The position numbers and the translations under genes are program-made. From the NCBI GenBank assembly GCA_014384505.1, contig JACNFT010000040.1:1-37084 (forward strand): a stretch of 37,084 bases of DNA, in the 5' to 3' direction. The first letter of the stretch is position 1. Every line of letters starts with the position of its first letter. Below are positions 36,732 through 37,084 of this stretch, one piece after another. The notes beneath the pieces were generated by a model. The model saw only the letters and a list, made by a program, of their open reading frames with translations. It was not told the DNA's origin and ran no database searches. This DNA is from Cryomorphaceae bacterium (GTDB taxonomy: Bacteria; Bacteroidota; Bacteroidia; Flavobacteriales; BACL11).

Positions 36732-37084
36732 GCCGCAAAAATATAAAGTTTACATTAATAATGAGCCAAAAATTATAACTGATAATTGGGAAATTTTCTG
36801 TGCTGATTATTCATTAATTGAAGCTGCAGGAGGATTGGTTTATAATGATGAATGTCAATTACTTATGATTTTCAGAAATAATAAATGGGATTTGCCAAAA
36901 GGGAAATTGGAACAGAATGAAAATATAAAAGAGTGTGCAATTCGTGAAGTCCAAGAAGAGTGTGGGATTTTAGGATTAAGTATTTTAAATACTTTACAAG
37001 ATACCTACCATACTTATGAAATAAATGGAAAAAAAATACTTAAACGCACTTATTGGTTTGCTATGCATACTGATTTTAAAGGAA
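36730..37084 (+). CDS. NUDIX hydrolase (partial, runs off the 3' window edge)
   Basis: My own translation from ATG 36730 gives MPQKYKVYINNEPKIITDNWEIFCADYSLIEAAGGLVYNDECQLLMIFRNNKWDLPKGKLEQNENIKECAIREVQEECGILGL..., which contains the Nudix box GKLEQNENIKECAIREVQEECG (Gx5Ex7REUxEExGU). There is no stop before the window end, which explains its absence from the ORF track. Confidence 0.8.
   Translation, partial: MPQKYKVYINNEPKIITDNWEIFCADYSLIEAAGGLVYNDECQLLMIFRNNKWDLPKGKLEQNENIKECAIREVQEECGILGLSILNTLQDTYHTYEINGKKILKRTYWFAMHTDFKG

Noticed and set aside
1-37084. Mobile elements, integrases, tRNA/rRNA genes, toxin-antitoxin or restriction-modification modules
   Set aside because: No ORF has transposase, integrase, recombinase, methyltransferase-nuclease or TA-like motifs. 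Apart from 14330-14652, all intergenic gaps are about 135 bp or less and too short for RNA genes other than the partial tmRNA.

Overview
This is an AT-rich, very gene-dense chromosomal segment that reads as core genome of a Bacteroidota (Flavobacteriia-like) bacterium. Supporting signs: a fused lpxC/fabZ inside an HD-lpxD-lpxC/fabZ-lpxA-efp block, PorT-like and PorX-like genes, a cargo protein with a T9SS C-terminal sorting domain, TAnnTTTG promoter motifs, Gln after every predicted signal-peptide cleavage site, and a tmRNA tag GEYNYALAA. I call 43 CDS (one partial at the 3' edge), a partial tmRNA at the 5' edge, three clear rho-independent terminators and several candidate promoters. Most genes are housekeeping: rpe, rpoD, pnp, rpsO, accD, fbaA, ubiE, serA/serC, efp, the lpx genes, tsaE, ftsH, rsfS, birA, pyrE, cdsA and psd. 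I see no transposase, integrase, CRISPR array, tRNA/rRNA gene, toxin-antitoxin pair or recognisable defence system, so I cannot support a claim of a clear novel multi-gene system. The stretches the ordinary annotation does not explain are: (1) a phased 21-bp tandem repeat array with a 63-bp super-period in the only long convergent spacer (14363-14572); (2) next to it, a small secreted protein built from six Y-x-S-[RQ]-A-[DG] repeats, followed by a BNR/Asp-box T9SS cargo protein (12652-14329); (3) a monocistronic secreted Cys/Lys/Ser-rich low-complexity protein with a perfect 40-bp internal duplication (30510-30920); (4) a DUF1015 gene embedded in a serine/PLP-themed operon; (5) extreme compaction, with overlapping stop codons at 4 of 5 convergent junctions, TAATG overlaps, and a divergent CATG start-codon overlap. 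All family assignments come from reading motifs in the supplied translations, and no database search was run.
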